This document shows positions 39,482-51,205 of a DNA stretch of 64,000 bases, piece by piece. Made by a program: the position numbers and the translations under genes. The notes under the pieces are model-generated. The model ran no database searches and was not told the DNA's origin. It was given only the letters and a program-made list of their open reading frames with translations. Position 1 is the stretch's first letter, and the number at the start of each line of letters is the position of its first letter. Origin of the DNA: Camelus ferus (lineage: Eukaryota); assembly GCF_009834535.1 (NCBI RefSeq), contig NC_045697.1:69070001-69134000 (forward strand). The letters run 5' to 3'.

Positions 39482-40110
39482 AAAGAGCTCTTTGGTACTC
39501 TAGATAATTTTTAGTTGTGTAAAAAGATTTTAGCAATCTGTGGTCTGTAGGAATTCACATATAGTTTAGGAGGAGAGCATTGCTTTATAATCCAAAATGT
39601 ACATGTTTTAGCTTAAAGCAGTACTTTGAAGTGTTTTTTAAATGGCAATGTTAAAACAGGTTTTGTCATCATCAAATTTTGTATTATTTTAAGTCATATT
39701 ATTTTGAAACTTTTCTAAACCTTCATTTTCATTTTATGTATTTGAAATAAAACAGAGGAAGCCAAGAATGAAATAAAGTATTATTTGCAAAGCTGTGTAA
39801 TTTTTTTGGGCTTTTAGTTTTTTTCAGTTAACCGTGGCTGGTTGCTGTACAAGCTAAATAAGGTATAAGAATGCTGAAAAAGATGTTCTGTGACAATCTG
39901 TGGAATATTCCTGGCATCTTACAGACACAGAATTAATATTTTGTATGAGTTAAATGGATAAACTTTTATTTTAAAAAATTCTAATTGTATAGTCCATTGT
40001 CATTTTAGAATGTATGTGGAAATTAACTCACTGTAATGGGAGCATCATGTTATCATATGATGGTTGTAAAATTAGTAAGGCTTCTGATTTCTCTTTTTTT
40101 CTCTAAGCAG

Positions 40111-40218
40111 ATAATCTCAGTGATACCTTGAAGAAGCTGAAGATAACAGCTGTTGACAGAACTGATGATAGCTTAGAAGGATGCTTGGATTGTCTACTTC
40201 AAGCCTTGGCTCAAAGTA
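40111..40218 (+). CDS. RAP1GDS1: RAP1GDS1 coding exon 2 (108 nt)
   Basis: Polypyrimidine tract plus aagcag acceptor. Translates (D)NLSDTLKKLKITAVDRTDDSLEGCLDCLLQALAQS, recognisably SmgGDS residues 2-37. Donor gtaagt at 40219; phase 1-1. Confidence 0.97.
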
Positions 40219-41469
40219 GTAAGTTTTATTATGTTTATTCAAGTGCCAAACAAACAAATCAAATCAACAATCATTCAGAAATTGGTCTATAGTTTAGCAC
40301 ATAACTTGAATTCTTTTGAATCCTATCCCTGAATACTGAGGTTGTTTTACATGTTCCACCCTCCTACTCCACCTCCCCACCCCAAGGTACTGAAAGCCAA
40401 ATTGATAGGCAGAAGAAAGGAGGAATTGAGTGCTGGTGATGACATTAATACCAGTCCCAGAGAGAGGCCATTCTTAACGGATAAGCGTGGAAGTTGTTCT
40501 TCTTAATACCTACTTTGTGCTTTTTAAAAAAAGACTGTTTATATGTGGGGAGAAGAAACGGAGCATAAAACACTTGAAATTATTTTTCTGAGATCTTTTA
40601 AATTATTTTACTTTAAAATAATATGTATGCTTAGATTTAATTGGAAAGAGCAATCAGCAGTCATCCAAAAATCCCTTAAGATTGAGGTAAGGCTTAATCT
40701 TTGGTGGTGTGGTAAATAATACTAGAGATAAAAATTATACAACTCTTTATTGACTAATACATTGTATTGTTGCATTTGGTCCATCATGTTTCTGTTCACT
40801 AATTTCTGTGTTAGCACTGTGAATAGATAGATACAGAATGGTTTTCATTTGTTCCCTTAATTCTGCTTGGTTGTGCCATGGTTGTGCTGCACTTGTTTTT
40901 AATTATGACATTATCTTATCTTGGGACTAATTATGTAGCTGACAGATGATTCAGGAGAAAGTATAAAATATCTTGTTAAAGTTCAGTTTCAAGCACTAAG
41001 GTATACACTTTTTTTTCTTTTTAAGTAAACTGATTAGAAAATTTTAAATAATTGATTGTTGTACTCTTCATCGAAAAGCACATGTTAAGGCTAGCTTTTA
41101 AAAATCTGTTTCAGTAGTTCTCTTAGCCTTTGAGATCATAACTGTCAAGCTGTTTAATCTTAGAGATAAGTAAAGTGGTTTAAAACAAGAAGTTCAGTAA
41201 GAACATCTGGATAAGGGTCCCAGTGGTAAAGAAAAAGAACAATAAAAGAGAATGTCTAAGGCTGTGCTATCCATTATAGTAGGTATGAGTGGCTATTTAA
41301 ATTTAATAACTAAATTTAATATAATTAAAAACTAAGTTTCTTAGTGTAACTCTTCAGTAGCCATAGTTGACTGGAATTACTCTTAGAGAGTATGACATCT
41401 GAACCACCTTGTAAGACAACTACTAGCATAAATTAAAGGCCCCCAAGTAAGCAAAATTAACAGTCTATT

Positions 41470-41966
41470 TGTTACCCAAAAGGGAAATGGAAAAGATCCC
41501 AGTTCTTGTCTTACCTGAAAGGTAAGATTTACAGGCGGGAGTTGGAAAGTGTTGTGTAGCTAAAAGATTTATTTAGGAAAAGAGCACGCCTCCAGTAGTG
41601 GGAGGTGGGCTGATTCAAGGGGGAATCGCAGTATCCTTTGTCTCCCATTTCTCTTATACCCTCGCTTAGAGGTGGTCTTTTGACTGATTGAGGGCTCTTG
41701 TCCCTGGAATGCTCAGTCATGTTTGGCCCCTTTGTGCATGTCCTTACCCATGGTATACATAGAAGAACCCATTGAGGGGGCCCCTAAATCACAGTGTTAA
41801 TTATAATACAATGAACATTGGGTCGTGTCCAGTTTTTCTTGATGGCACTCATTTAGGAGAAGTAAAGTCCCTTTATGCTGGAGGCAGACATAATGCCATC
41901 TTCTGGACATTCCTCCCTCTCCTCCACCTGTCTGCCCCGTGCCCCCACTTATCTAACTACCTAATA
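41470..41966 (-). mobile_element. Solo ERV LTR of a related, more distant family, in intron 2
   Basis: Ends resemble the other two LTRs (tgttacc..aaagggaaat ... tatctaactacctaata). 4-bp TSD tatt (41466-41469 / 41967-41970). Confidence 0.78.
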
Positions 41967-42699
41967 TATTCATAATAAAAATTTTATTCCATTGTAAGAG
42001 CATGGGGACCATGTTTTGTTGCTGCAGAAGCACTAAACAGTGATCACCAACACAGCTTAAAAAATTTTTTTTCCTAACGGATTAGGCTGTTTTCCTGTGT
42101 TTCATTGCCTTGCATACCTTTATGTTTTAACTTTGGTTAATTGCTTGATGACAATTCCTGTTTCATACACATTGTGACATAATTGTTTATTTTCTGTAGA
42201 AAACCCTATGAAAGAACACCAGTTTACTTGTCTTTAAAGAAAAAAAAGTACTATGTAGTGCCATATTCCTAACTTTACAATGCTTGTTGATCTGTTGATA
42301 GATTTCCTAAGGAACTTTTGAAACTTATCAACTTTTTCAATAGCCATGTTAAATCTGGTGTTACTAAACATGAAAGATTGTTGCTGTTTTAGTAGAAATG
42401 AGAATTTATTTTACTTTATTCTTTTATAGTAATATCTAGATTTCACTTTTTACCCTAAGTTATCAAGTGCATCAAAGCAATATGTTTCCTTTGCAAGCTG
42501 AATTCATTATGTTGTTCACCTCCTTTACATATTTTTGTATTATGTGGCTCTTTTAGTTACTGTGAACATCATTCATGAGGGCTTATGACTGGTGCTAATC
42601 GTAAATTACCAAAGGTTCAATTTTTACTAAATAAAGGTAATACTTGAAGAATAGAGAGACTAGAACTAGACTAAACTAGAGAACATGGTCAACTGAAGA

Positions 42700-44300
42700 C
42701 ACTGACAGTTCTTGATGAACTGAGACTCCTGGATGGCCATAGAATAGTGGTTGCCACCTAAATCTGAATTCTTCCACACAATCTCTAAAAAGCCATACAA
42801 ATCAACAGAGAGATCAAATAAAACCAAATAACCTATGCCTTCAGCATAACTAGGAGACAGACTAAGAATTTCAGATATTAGGGAGAGAAATAAATATTCC
42901 AAATCTAGCCTACTCAGCTTCAGAGCCCATTATAGAGAGAGTTCGGTGACAACTGCAGAGACTACATGCAAAAGACAAGAGAGGTTGAATCAGGAGCCTA
43001 GGGGCGATAGTATACAATTAAAATTGCCTTTAGAAAGAAAAAGTCTTATGTTGGTGGGAAAATACTAAAATCTGGTCTTAGATTTGACTAGAGCATTGGC
43101 TATTGGGAAATTGAAAGGAGGAGACTTTAAAGTACACAGGACCCTAGGCAACAGATGAGGACAGTGCCCCTTGTGGGGATGAAATTATTCTCCCTTGTAG
43201 ACTTTGTGGTGAAGGGAAAGAAGGATGCAAGATGGGGAAACGCTAAGTGTTCTGTAGAAATAAGAAAATCATACTGTTAGAAGACACACTAACAACCCCC
43301 TTTGGTTTAAGTTTAGAAGAGGGAGTTTTTGAACTAAGAAACCTAGGTATTCATCCCAAATCTTTACCCTTACTGCATACAACTTTTATTCCTAGTTAAG
43401 GAAAAGAAAAATTATACCACTGAGTAGGAAATTGCAGGTGATATACACACATTGGGGCTACAAAGAACAAAGCAGAAAATACAAATCAAAACATTTTTGC
43501 TATTAAATTTTTTCTCCAAAACCAACCATGAAGTGGTTATTAGTAATAGAACACCATGACCTCTATTAAACATCTTAAGCCTTTGCAGATATGAAAAGAA
43601 AAAAAAGTCTGAGTAAGAAATTCAGAAACTTGGAAACAAAGTGAATAAATACCAGGAAGATGTGAAGAAAGAGTTGACTAGAAGATATTGAAGAAAAAGT
43701 ATCATTTTAGGAATTAAGACTACATTATAAGATACCAAGGAAGAGTAGAGGTGACTGAAAATTTAATAAGGAGCATTGAAGTAAATGGGCCAAATGGAGA
43801 TAAAATAAAGGATCAGAGAGAAAATGATTAATACAGAAGATGGGCAAAAGATCCAACATGCATGCAATTGGAGTCTTTAAAGAGAAAAATATAACATTGA
43901 AACAGAGCTAATATTTAAAACTATGAACTTTCCTGAAGTTAAAAAAAAGACCAGAATCTACACGTTGAAGGGGGTCATCATGTACTTGTGAAAATTGACC
44001 TTGAAGAAGTCTAGCAAAACTTTTAAACTTTACAATTAAGAATAAGTACAAAGGAGAAATCCTCAGGGCCTGAATGCCAAAAGATCAAGTTATTTAAAAT
44101 GAAAAGAAAATCAGATTGGCATCAGACTCTTCAACAACAATATGCAAAGCAATTCAATATTAGAGCAGTGGTTTCAGAAAACTCAAGGAATAAGACTTTT
44201 ATATTGAGCCAAGGTAGTAAGTATCAAGGCTGTAGAAAAGTACTGTTAAACATGGAAGAACACAAGAAGTACTATACTCATTAGACTTCTAGAGGAATCT
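42700..44300 (+). mobile_element. Ancient L1 5'/ORF1-like remnant (L1M or HAL1)
   Basis: Purine-rich, coiled-coil-like decayed coding sequence. aaaatcagattggcatcagactcttcaaca (~44107) resembles the ORF1 motif KIRLASDFS. Confidence 0.55.
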
Positions 44301-44305
44301 TCTAA

Positions 44306-44490
44306 ACTCGTGCTGTTCAATACAATATCAGTTCTGTGACATGGCTATTGAGCATCTGAAATGAGGCTAGTCTGAATTTAGGTATGCAATAGGTATAAAA
44401 TACATATTATATTTCAAAGACTTAGTATCCCCCCAAAAGTAAAATAGCTCACTAACAGTTTTTAAATTATTGATTACATATTAAATCTCA
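44306..44490. mobile_element. MER3/MER33-like hAT remnant
   Basis: tgctgttcaata...acatggctattgagcatctgaaatgaggctagtctgaatt. Confidence 0.55.
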
Positions 44491-46294
44491 TTTTTAAAAT
44501 TCTATAAAATATTTATAAATATTTTATTTCTATTGGAGCTTTATAGGCAATCATTTCTTGAATGGGTGATGGCTGACCAAAGTAGGTTTAAGAGTTGGGC
44601 CAGCCAGTATGATATGATGCAAATGCAGCTTAGAAACAAAATCAATGTCACTGTTAACATCAACAAAAGAAAGATATAACATGATACTGGGTGTTGTCTG
44701 TATACCTTCTGTGTACTTGCTGCCTACCTTCTGATATGCTTTTAACCACTATGTTTCATAAAGGGCCAAAAAAAGCTCTCATTATGTACAGTCTCCAGGA
44801 GATAAGCCTCCATTGGTATTTGTAGATTGTGATTGAAGCATTGGCAGAGGATCTTGGTTTTTTAACATCAGCTAATTAATAAATGGTACCATTTTTGCTT
44901 CTTAGGTTTGCTAAATTTGAAAAGCTTCTTATGTTCCTAAAAGTAAAATATGTGAGAGATATGTGATTAGAAATGATGCTATATATGTATGCCAGATAAA
45001 TACTGAAAAAGATCTGCCATCCTCAGTGTAATACTAGTACTATCACTAAGTTACTGAGAGACAAGCGATGGGTTTGTGCTGCTGTGTCTTCCTAACATTC
45101 TTCCCAACAGGGTCCTGTGTGACTCTGTATCTGCAGCTAGCTGTGGGTCTTCTGTGGCCATACTTGATTGATGTTAACTGGCTTGTCCAATTAAACAGTA
45201 ACTCAGTATGTCCTGAACGTGTTAAAGAATATGCAAGCAATGCAAAGAATTTGAGGACTTTAACTGGTATAATGAATTAATAAGAATTATATATAAGGAA
45301 AATGGCTTAAACTAAGAGATTGATTAAATTAACCTATTTTCAGTGCCTCTGTTGTGATTATAGATGTTTGAACCTGGTATTAAAGATATGGGCAGTGGCA
45401 TAACTTCTTTTTAGCTCCTTTAGTACTTAATAGTCCATGATGGTTGTTTCTAGAAAGCTTCCTTACATAGACTAAATCCTTTCACTTTTAGCTCTTGTAA
45501 TTCATATTTCCTGAGTACACACTTGGCATTGTAAAACAAAGGTTAAAGTTTCACCATTAGGTAGACTTTGGAATTTATAATTGAGACATTTTGAGGAATT
45601 TTTTAAATGAATGAATCGTTTTTCCTCTTGGAATCCTCTATATAAAATACATACATTCTTAAAAAAATCAAGACCACCAGGTACCTTTAAACTATAAATC
45701 CTCAATGCAATCAATTAATATTAAAAACAGTAAATATCCACCATTTTTATTATTTTAAAGTTTGTTTATAATACAATTATTTGTTGAGAGCTTTAATACT
45801 AGAGGAAGGTTTTCATAAGAATAGAAAATACAACATGGTTTTACAATCTCAGATTCAAGGTTATTTTGTATAATAGTGAGGTTCAGTGTAATTTATATCT
45901 TCCTTTGTGTATTCAGGGACAAATATTTACTTAGTGAAATTTAGCACCTAAAGAATAATTAATATTAATAATATTAATGATATATTTTAGAATGAATGGT
46001 TGTTAAATTGTCTGATAAACACTATAGATAATTTCTCTGTTTAATAATTTATAACCCCAAAGGTTCAAAACTACAGTCAGTAAAGTGTTAGTTTTGTTAA
46101 CAGAAAATTGTTTTTCTTAAAATTACAAGGTCATATCATATCAGCCTTTGAATTATGTCTTTAGCTGTAAATTTAGGTGTTCATTTTTTTCTGTTTTTAT
46201 TACTTAACCCTGAAAATGTGAACTTGATTGCTTATTATTTTTCTTACCTTATCTTAATAGTTTTACATAAATGTAAATGTAATTCTACATGTAG

Positions 46295-46404
46295 GATTTT
46301 TAAAAATTATTGAAAAAATTTTTTTAAATTGAGGTACTGGGAATTCAACCCAGGACCTTTTGCATGCTAAGCATGTGCTCTACCACTGAGCTATTACCCA
46401 CCTC
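46295..46404 (-). mobile_element. tRNA-derived SINE, same family (short tail)
   Basis: gaggtactgggaattcaacccaggacc...gctctaccactgagcta. TSD tctacatgtag (46284-46294 / 46405-46415). Confidence 0.85.
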
Positions 46405-47142
46405 TCTACATGTAGTTTTACATAATGTAGTTTTATATAGATTCCTCTTAGACATTTTTAATGTCATGTGAATTTTGGTATCTTAAGACTTAATGAAATA
46501 TGAATATAAATAATTTTATAATTAAAAATTTTTTTTAATACTTGGCATTTAAAACCATTTTAAAGGTTTCTAACATTTCACTTAGAGGGAAAAAAAGAAA
46601 CACATAGAAAAGTAGGTAACTGAATTAAGTTCTCCTTTTGGAGGTTTTATTTAATATGAATCTTAACCCACATTAACTTATAGTTTATTATGTGAAACTG
46701 GAAGAGATGTGGAACTGGAAGAGAAACTGTGGGAATATGTTTTATCATTTTTCATTGTTAATCATTTATTATTTACTGCAATTTTCATTTTTTGAGTTAT
46801 GGATGTATTTGAATATTAATAACCAACTGTAAAAGTTGTTGAAATAGTCATAACATTAAAGACAAAATTGAGACTAAAAGATTAACTCTTTGCTTCAAGT
46901 ATTCAAAGTAAGGGAACTGGAAAAGTTCCCAAATTAAGAAACACTTTTTAGAAACACTAAGAAGGAGTTGAAGAAATTTATACTAGGTCAGAAATATATC
47001 TTCTTAACTGAATTTAAGATACTATGTTATTTTCTCTTTGCTACACAATGAGATCTTGATGAAGAATACTATGGCCAAAAGTATTATATGCTATATTTTT
47101 AACCATATGTAGTTCATGGTCATTTTACTCCATTGTAACAGA

Positions 47143-47851
47143 TCACAAGATAAATCATAGCAATATTTTTTTTGGATCTGACTCCTAAGGTGGCAAAAGA
47201 AATAAAAGTAAAAATAAGTAAATGAGACCTAATTAAACTAAAAGCTTTTACACAGCAAAGGAAGCCATCAACAAAATGAAAAGACAACCTACAGAATGGG
47301 AAACAATAGTTGCATATGATATGACTGATAAGGGGTTAATAGCCAAAATATATAAACAACTCAATATCAAAAAGAAACAAAGACCCGATTGAAAAATGGG
47401 CAGAAGACCTGAATAGACATATTTCCAAAGAAGATATACAGATAGCCAACAGGCATATGAAAAAATGCTCAACATCAGTGATCATCAGAGAAATGCAAAT
47501 CAAAACCACCATGAGATATCATCTCATACCTGTCAAAATGACTGTTACCAAAAAGTCTACAGATAGCAAATGTTGGCTATGATGTAGAGAAAAGGGAACC
47601 CTAGTACACTGTTGTGGGATTGTAAATTGGTGCAGCTACTTTAGAAAACAGTATGTAGGTTCCTCAAAAAACCTAGAAACAAAACTACCATATTATCCAG
47701 CAATTCCCCTGCTGGGTATATATCCAGAGAAAACACTGGTTCCAAAAAGATACATGCACCCCAATATTCATAGCAGCATTATTTACAATAGCCAAGATAT
47801 GGAAGAAGTTATATAAGTGCATTTTACCAGATGAATAGATAAAGAAGTGGT

Positions 47852-47896
<45 letters not shown>

Positions 47897-48386
47897 GGAA
47901 TACTGCTCAGCCCTAAAAAAGAATGAAATTCTGCCATTTGCAGCAACATGGATGGACATAGAGAGTATTATGCTTAGTTAAGTAAGTCAGAGAGAGAGAC
48001 AAATAGTCTATGTTATCACTTATATGTGGAATCTAAAAAAATAAAATGAATGAATGTAACAAAACAGACTCAGAGATATAGAAAACAAACTAGTGGTTAC
48101 CTGTGGAGAGAGGTAAGGGGTGGTCAATGAAGAATATGAGATTAAGATATATAAACTATGGTGTATAAAATAAGCAACAAGGATATATTGTACAGCACAG
48201 GGAAATACAACCATTGTTTTGTAATAATTTTAAATGGAGTATAATGTATAAAAACATTGAATCACTATGTTGTACACCTGAAGCTAACATAATATTATAA
48301 ATAAAAAATACTTCAAAAATAAAGAGACCAATAAACAAATAAATAAATAAAAGCAAATACAACCTCTCTCCTCAAAAAAAAAAAAA
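47143..48386 (+). mobile_element. 5'-truncated LINE-1 (ORF2 C-terminus + 3'UTR + A tail)
   Basis: Homologous to 38340-39470 (aaaagacaacctacagaatggga, cagagaaatgcaaatcaaaaccac). A-rich tail at 48300-48386; no clear TSD. Confidence 0.9.
47854..47894 (+). repeat. (AC)~20 microsatellite inside L1
   Basis: Uninterrupted acacac run, read directly. Confidence 0.95.
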
Positions 48387-48759
48387 CACTATTAACTGAG
48401 AAAATGTGACTATTTCATGTTTTTAGTAAGATAGAGTTTAGTTGTAATTTTCTAGATAATATTCATCTAATGGGCAATAAAATATAGAGAATCTTTATTG
48501 TCTTAATTTTTTTTTTTACTAGAAGCTAGTAGTATTCAGTATTCAGTGCCTTCTATTGTCAGATACATTCACTTGGAAATTTGGGCTGTTTTACCACCAG
48601 TTTAAAAAAAAAAAAACACATTGTGTGACTTCTTGAGATTGAAGAAAGCTAGCACATGTAGGTAGAGTCAAAGTAAGTTTTTTTCCCGTAACTCTAATTA
48701 TACAGGGCTGTTGGAGCGGAGCTGTAGTGGAGAATACTGTGTGAAATTTCATGAGTTAT

Positions 48760-49019
48760 TGTGCTGACAGAATTCCCTCTTGCTCCAGGGCATGTAGGGG
48801 GAAAGAGATTAGATAGTAAATCTTTTGTTCTAGTCAGGCTTCCACTGATTGGGTTAGGTTCACCCACATTATGGAGGGCAATCTGCTTTGCTCAGAGTGT
48901 ATGGTTTTAAGTGTTAATCTTATCCAAAAACTCCCTTACAAAAACATCCAGAATAATGTTTGACCATATACCTGGGTACCATGGCACAGGTGAGTTGACT
49001 TATAAAAATAAACATCACA
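48760..49019 (-). mobile_element. MLT2 (ERVL) LTR fragment
   Basis: cacccacattatggagggcaatctgcttt...acatccagaataatgtttgacca...ataaacatcaca. Confidence 0.75.
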
Positions 49020-50845
49020 AGTGGACTATGTATTTTACTGTCATAACAAAATGAATTGTGTGGCTTAATAGTTATGTGTTGTTGTAACTGCTAGTGGGGA
49101 ATGATGCCATTAATATTAGAGCTTTCCACATATGAATCTATAATTGATTTTACTGAGGTTGATTTTGTGACATACTTTTTCCTATTCATTGTGATAAACC
49201 CCAAAATGAGACTCCAGAAGGCCGAGTAGTGGCTTTTTAAAGAGACATCTGGATTTAAATTCTAGGTTTTAGCACACAGTGTTCTCTGAGGTGAGTTCAT
49301 TCAGATGCTGGTAATTTTCTCTTCCCATATTTAAGTATTACACATCTTTTCTCTTCCTTGTACTAAAGGAGCAAACAGAATGTTTTCATTTGGCTCATAA
49401 TAACATAGTTATGGATTGATCATCTCTTCTTTCTGATGTGTGCATGTGGGAGGGATAAGATAAAGGCAAGGTAATTTTCTAAAATGATTTCTGAAGGTTT
49501 AAAGAACATTTTTGCATGTGTTTGCTTTTGAAAAATGTAGTCTGAGACCTGATTAGCTTAATGCAAAGTGAAAAGTTTAGTCTCTGCATGAGCTAGTGAT
49601 TGATAGTTCTACCAAAAATTTTCCATTCTTGATGAGAGAATTCTTAAAATATAAGAGTCTCCTTATAAGCTCAGTCCTCTTTTTCTGTTAAAAGTAATTA
49701 TAACTTCTATAACATCAATAAATGTAGCTCAGCTGTTTCATCTTTAGTGTTCTATAACAGTTTATATGTCCCTCTAGTTGAACTTATTTTAGTGTATATT
49801 ACTTATTTGTGTATGCCTTTTTTATTCAGTTATAAACTCCTTAAGGACAGGGCAGTTCTATTAAATGAGCATTACTTGGGTACCACTGTGCATTAGTTGG
49901 TACTTTGCCCTGGAGGGATCAGATAGACAAGTAACAGATAAGTTTTAATACAGTATAATACATTATATAATAGAGCTGATTACAAAGTGTTCAGAGAACT
50001 GGATTCAGTTTGTAGTTGTAAAAATCTTTTAAAGTGTCACAGAAGGACTGACATTTCTCCTGGGTTCTGATGGGTAAATAGGTGTTTCATAGTATATTCT
50101 CTTATTATTCTTCTTTTACCTGCCTTTTCTTCAAACCTTAGATAATACCAGCCTTTTCCAGTTCTCAATTCTGGTAGCCTTCAGCTGCTGGCCAAAAAAA
50201 AAAAAAATTCTCCTTTTCTACTTAGAACATGCTTTATTGGCCTTCAGAAATCAGCTAAATAATTACCTTGTTTATGGAAATTTCCGTAATCTTCACGGAG
50301 CTGTGTGTGTGCTTCCCATTAGACATGGTACGTAACCTCCATGGTGGTATCATCACACTGAATTGTGGTAATTTATTTACCGCTCTCTTTCTTACTAGAC
50401 AGCTCTCTGAGGATATGATTTGTATCCTCTTTAGGCTTATATTCCCAATATAGTAGGGACTCAGTAAAAATACATTTTCCATGGATAATGTCATCTACTC
50501 CTAAGTGTTCAACTACCAAACAGGTTCTAACAACTTGGAAAAAACTACAGCATTGTGTGTGAAGAGTGGGGAAGAGGGGTGAATTTGATAAGCAGGATCA
50601 GGGAGTGCTGGATCTTGAAAATATGGTGTAGTTTACCCAGGTAATGTGAGGGCACAAGGATTATGGGAAGAACATCCCAAGCAGAGGAAGCAACATATAC
50701 AATGTCACAGTGATGGGGAAAATCCTAGTTCAATCAGAAACTGAAGTTTGGTATAGCTGGCAAAAAGGGTACATGCAGGGAAGGGACAAGAGAGGATAAC
50801 AGGAAAGGGAGTAAATTGTCAGGCTATGAAAGGAGTTTTATGCTA

Positions 50846-51050
50846 TGTATCTTAGTCCATGTGAGCTGCTATAACAAAATATCCTAGACTGGATAGAATT
50901 TCTCACAGTTCTGGTAGCAGGAAAGTCGAAGACCAAGGCACTAGCAGATTCAGTATCTGGTGAGGGCCCACTTCTGGTTGTCTTTTCACTGGAACCTCAC
51001 ACTGTGAAAGAAGCAAGGCATCTCTCTGGGGTCTCTTTTTGTAAGGTCAC
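50846..51050 (-). mobile_element. MaLR LTR fragment (MLT1A-like)
   Basis: cttagtccat..gctgctataacaaaata...tctcacagttctgg...cagattcagtatctggtgagggccc. Confidence 0.75.
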
Positions 51051-51205
51051 AGTGGGATGGAGATGGATCTTTTATTGAAAATACTCCTTCACTGTGTTTT
51101 ACTGTATTCTCATTCTCTTAGTTTGAAGTGAGGAAATCCGTATTTACTATAGGGACAATGTTATCAATAATTACTTTGAACTTATAGTTGAACAATTCTA
51201 GTTAT

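Larger units (their letters stand above)
35952..39540 (+). mobile_element. Charlie1-like hAT transposon remnant interrupted by two L1 insertions
   Basis: gtccatgaggtcaaaact left end. Degenerate hAT dimerisation peptide AVKILSCLPTMCMCEVELF near 36921-36977. The element resumes after 39493. Confidence 0.7.
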
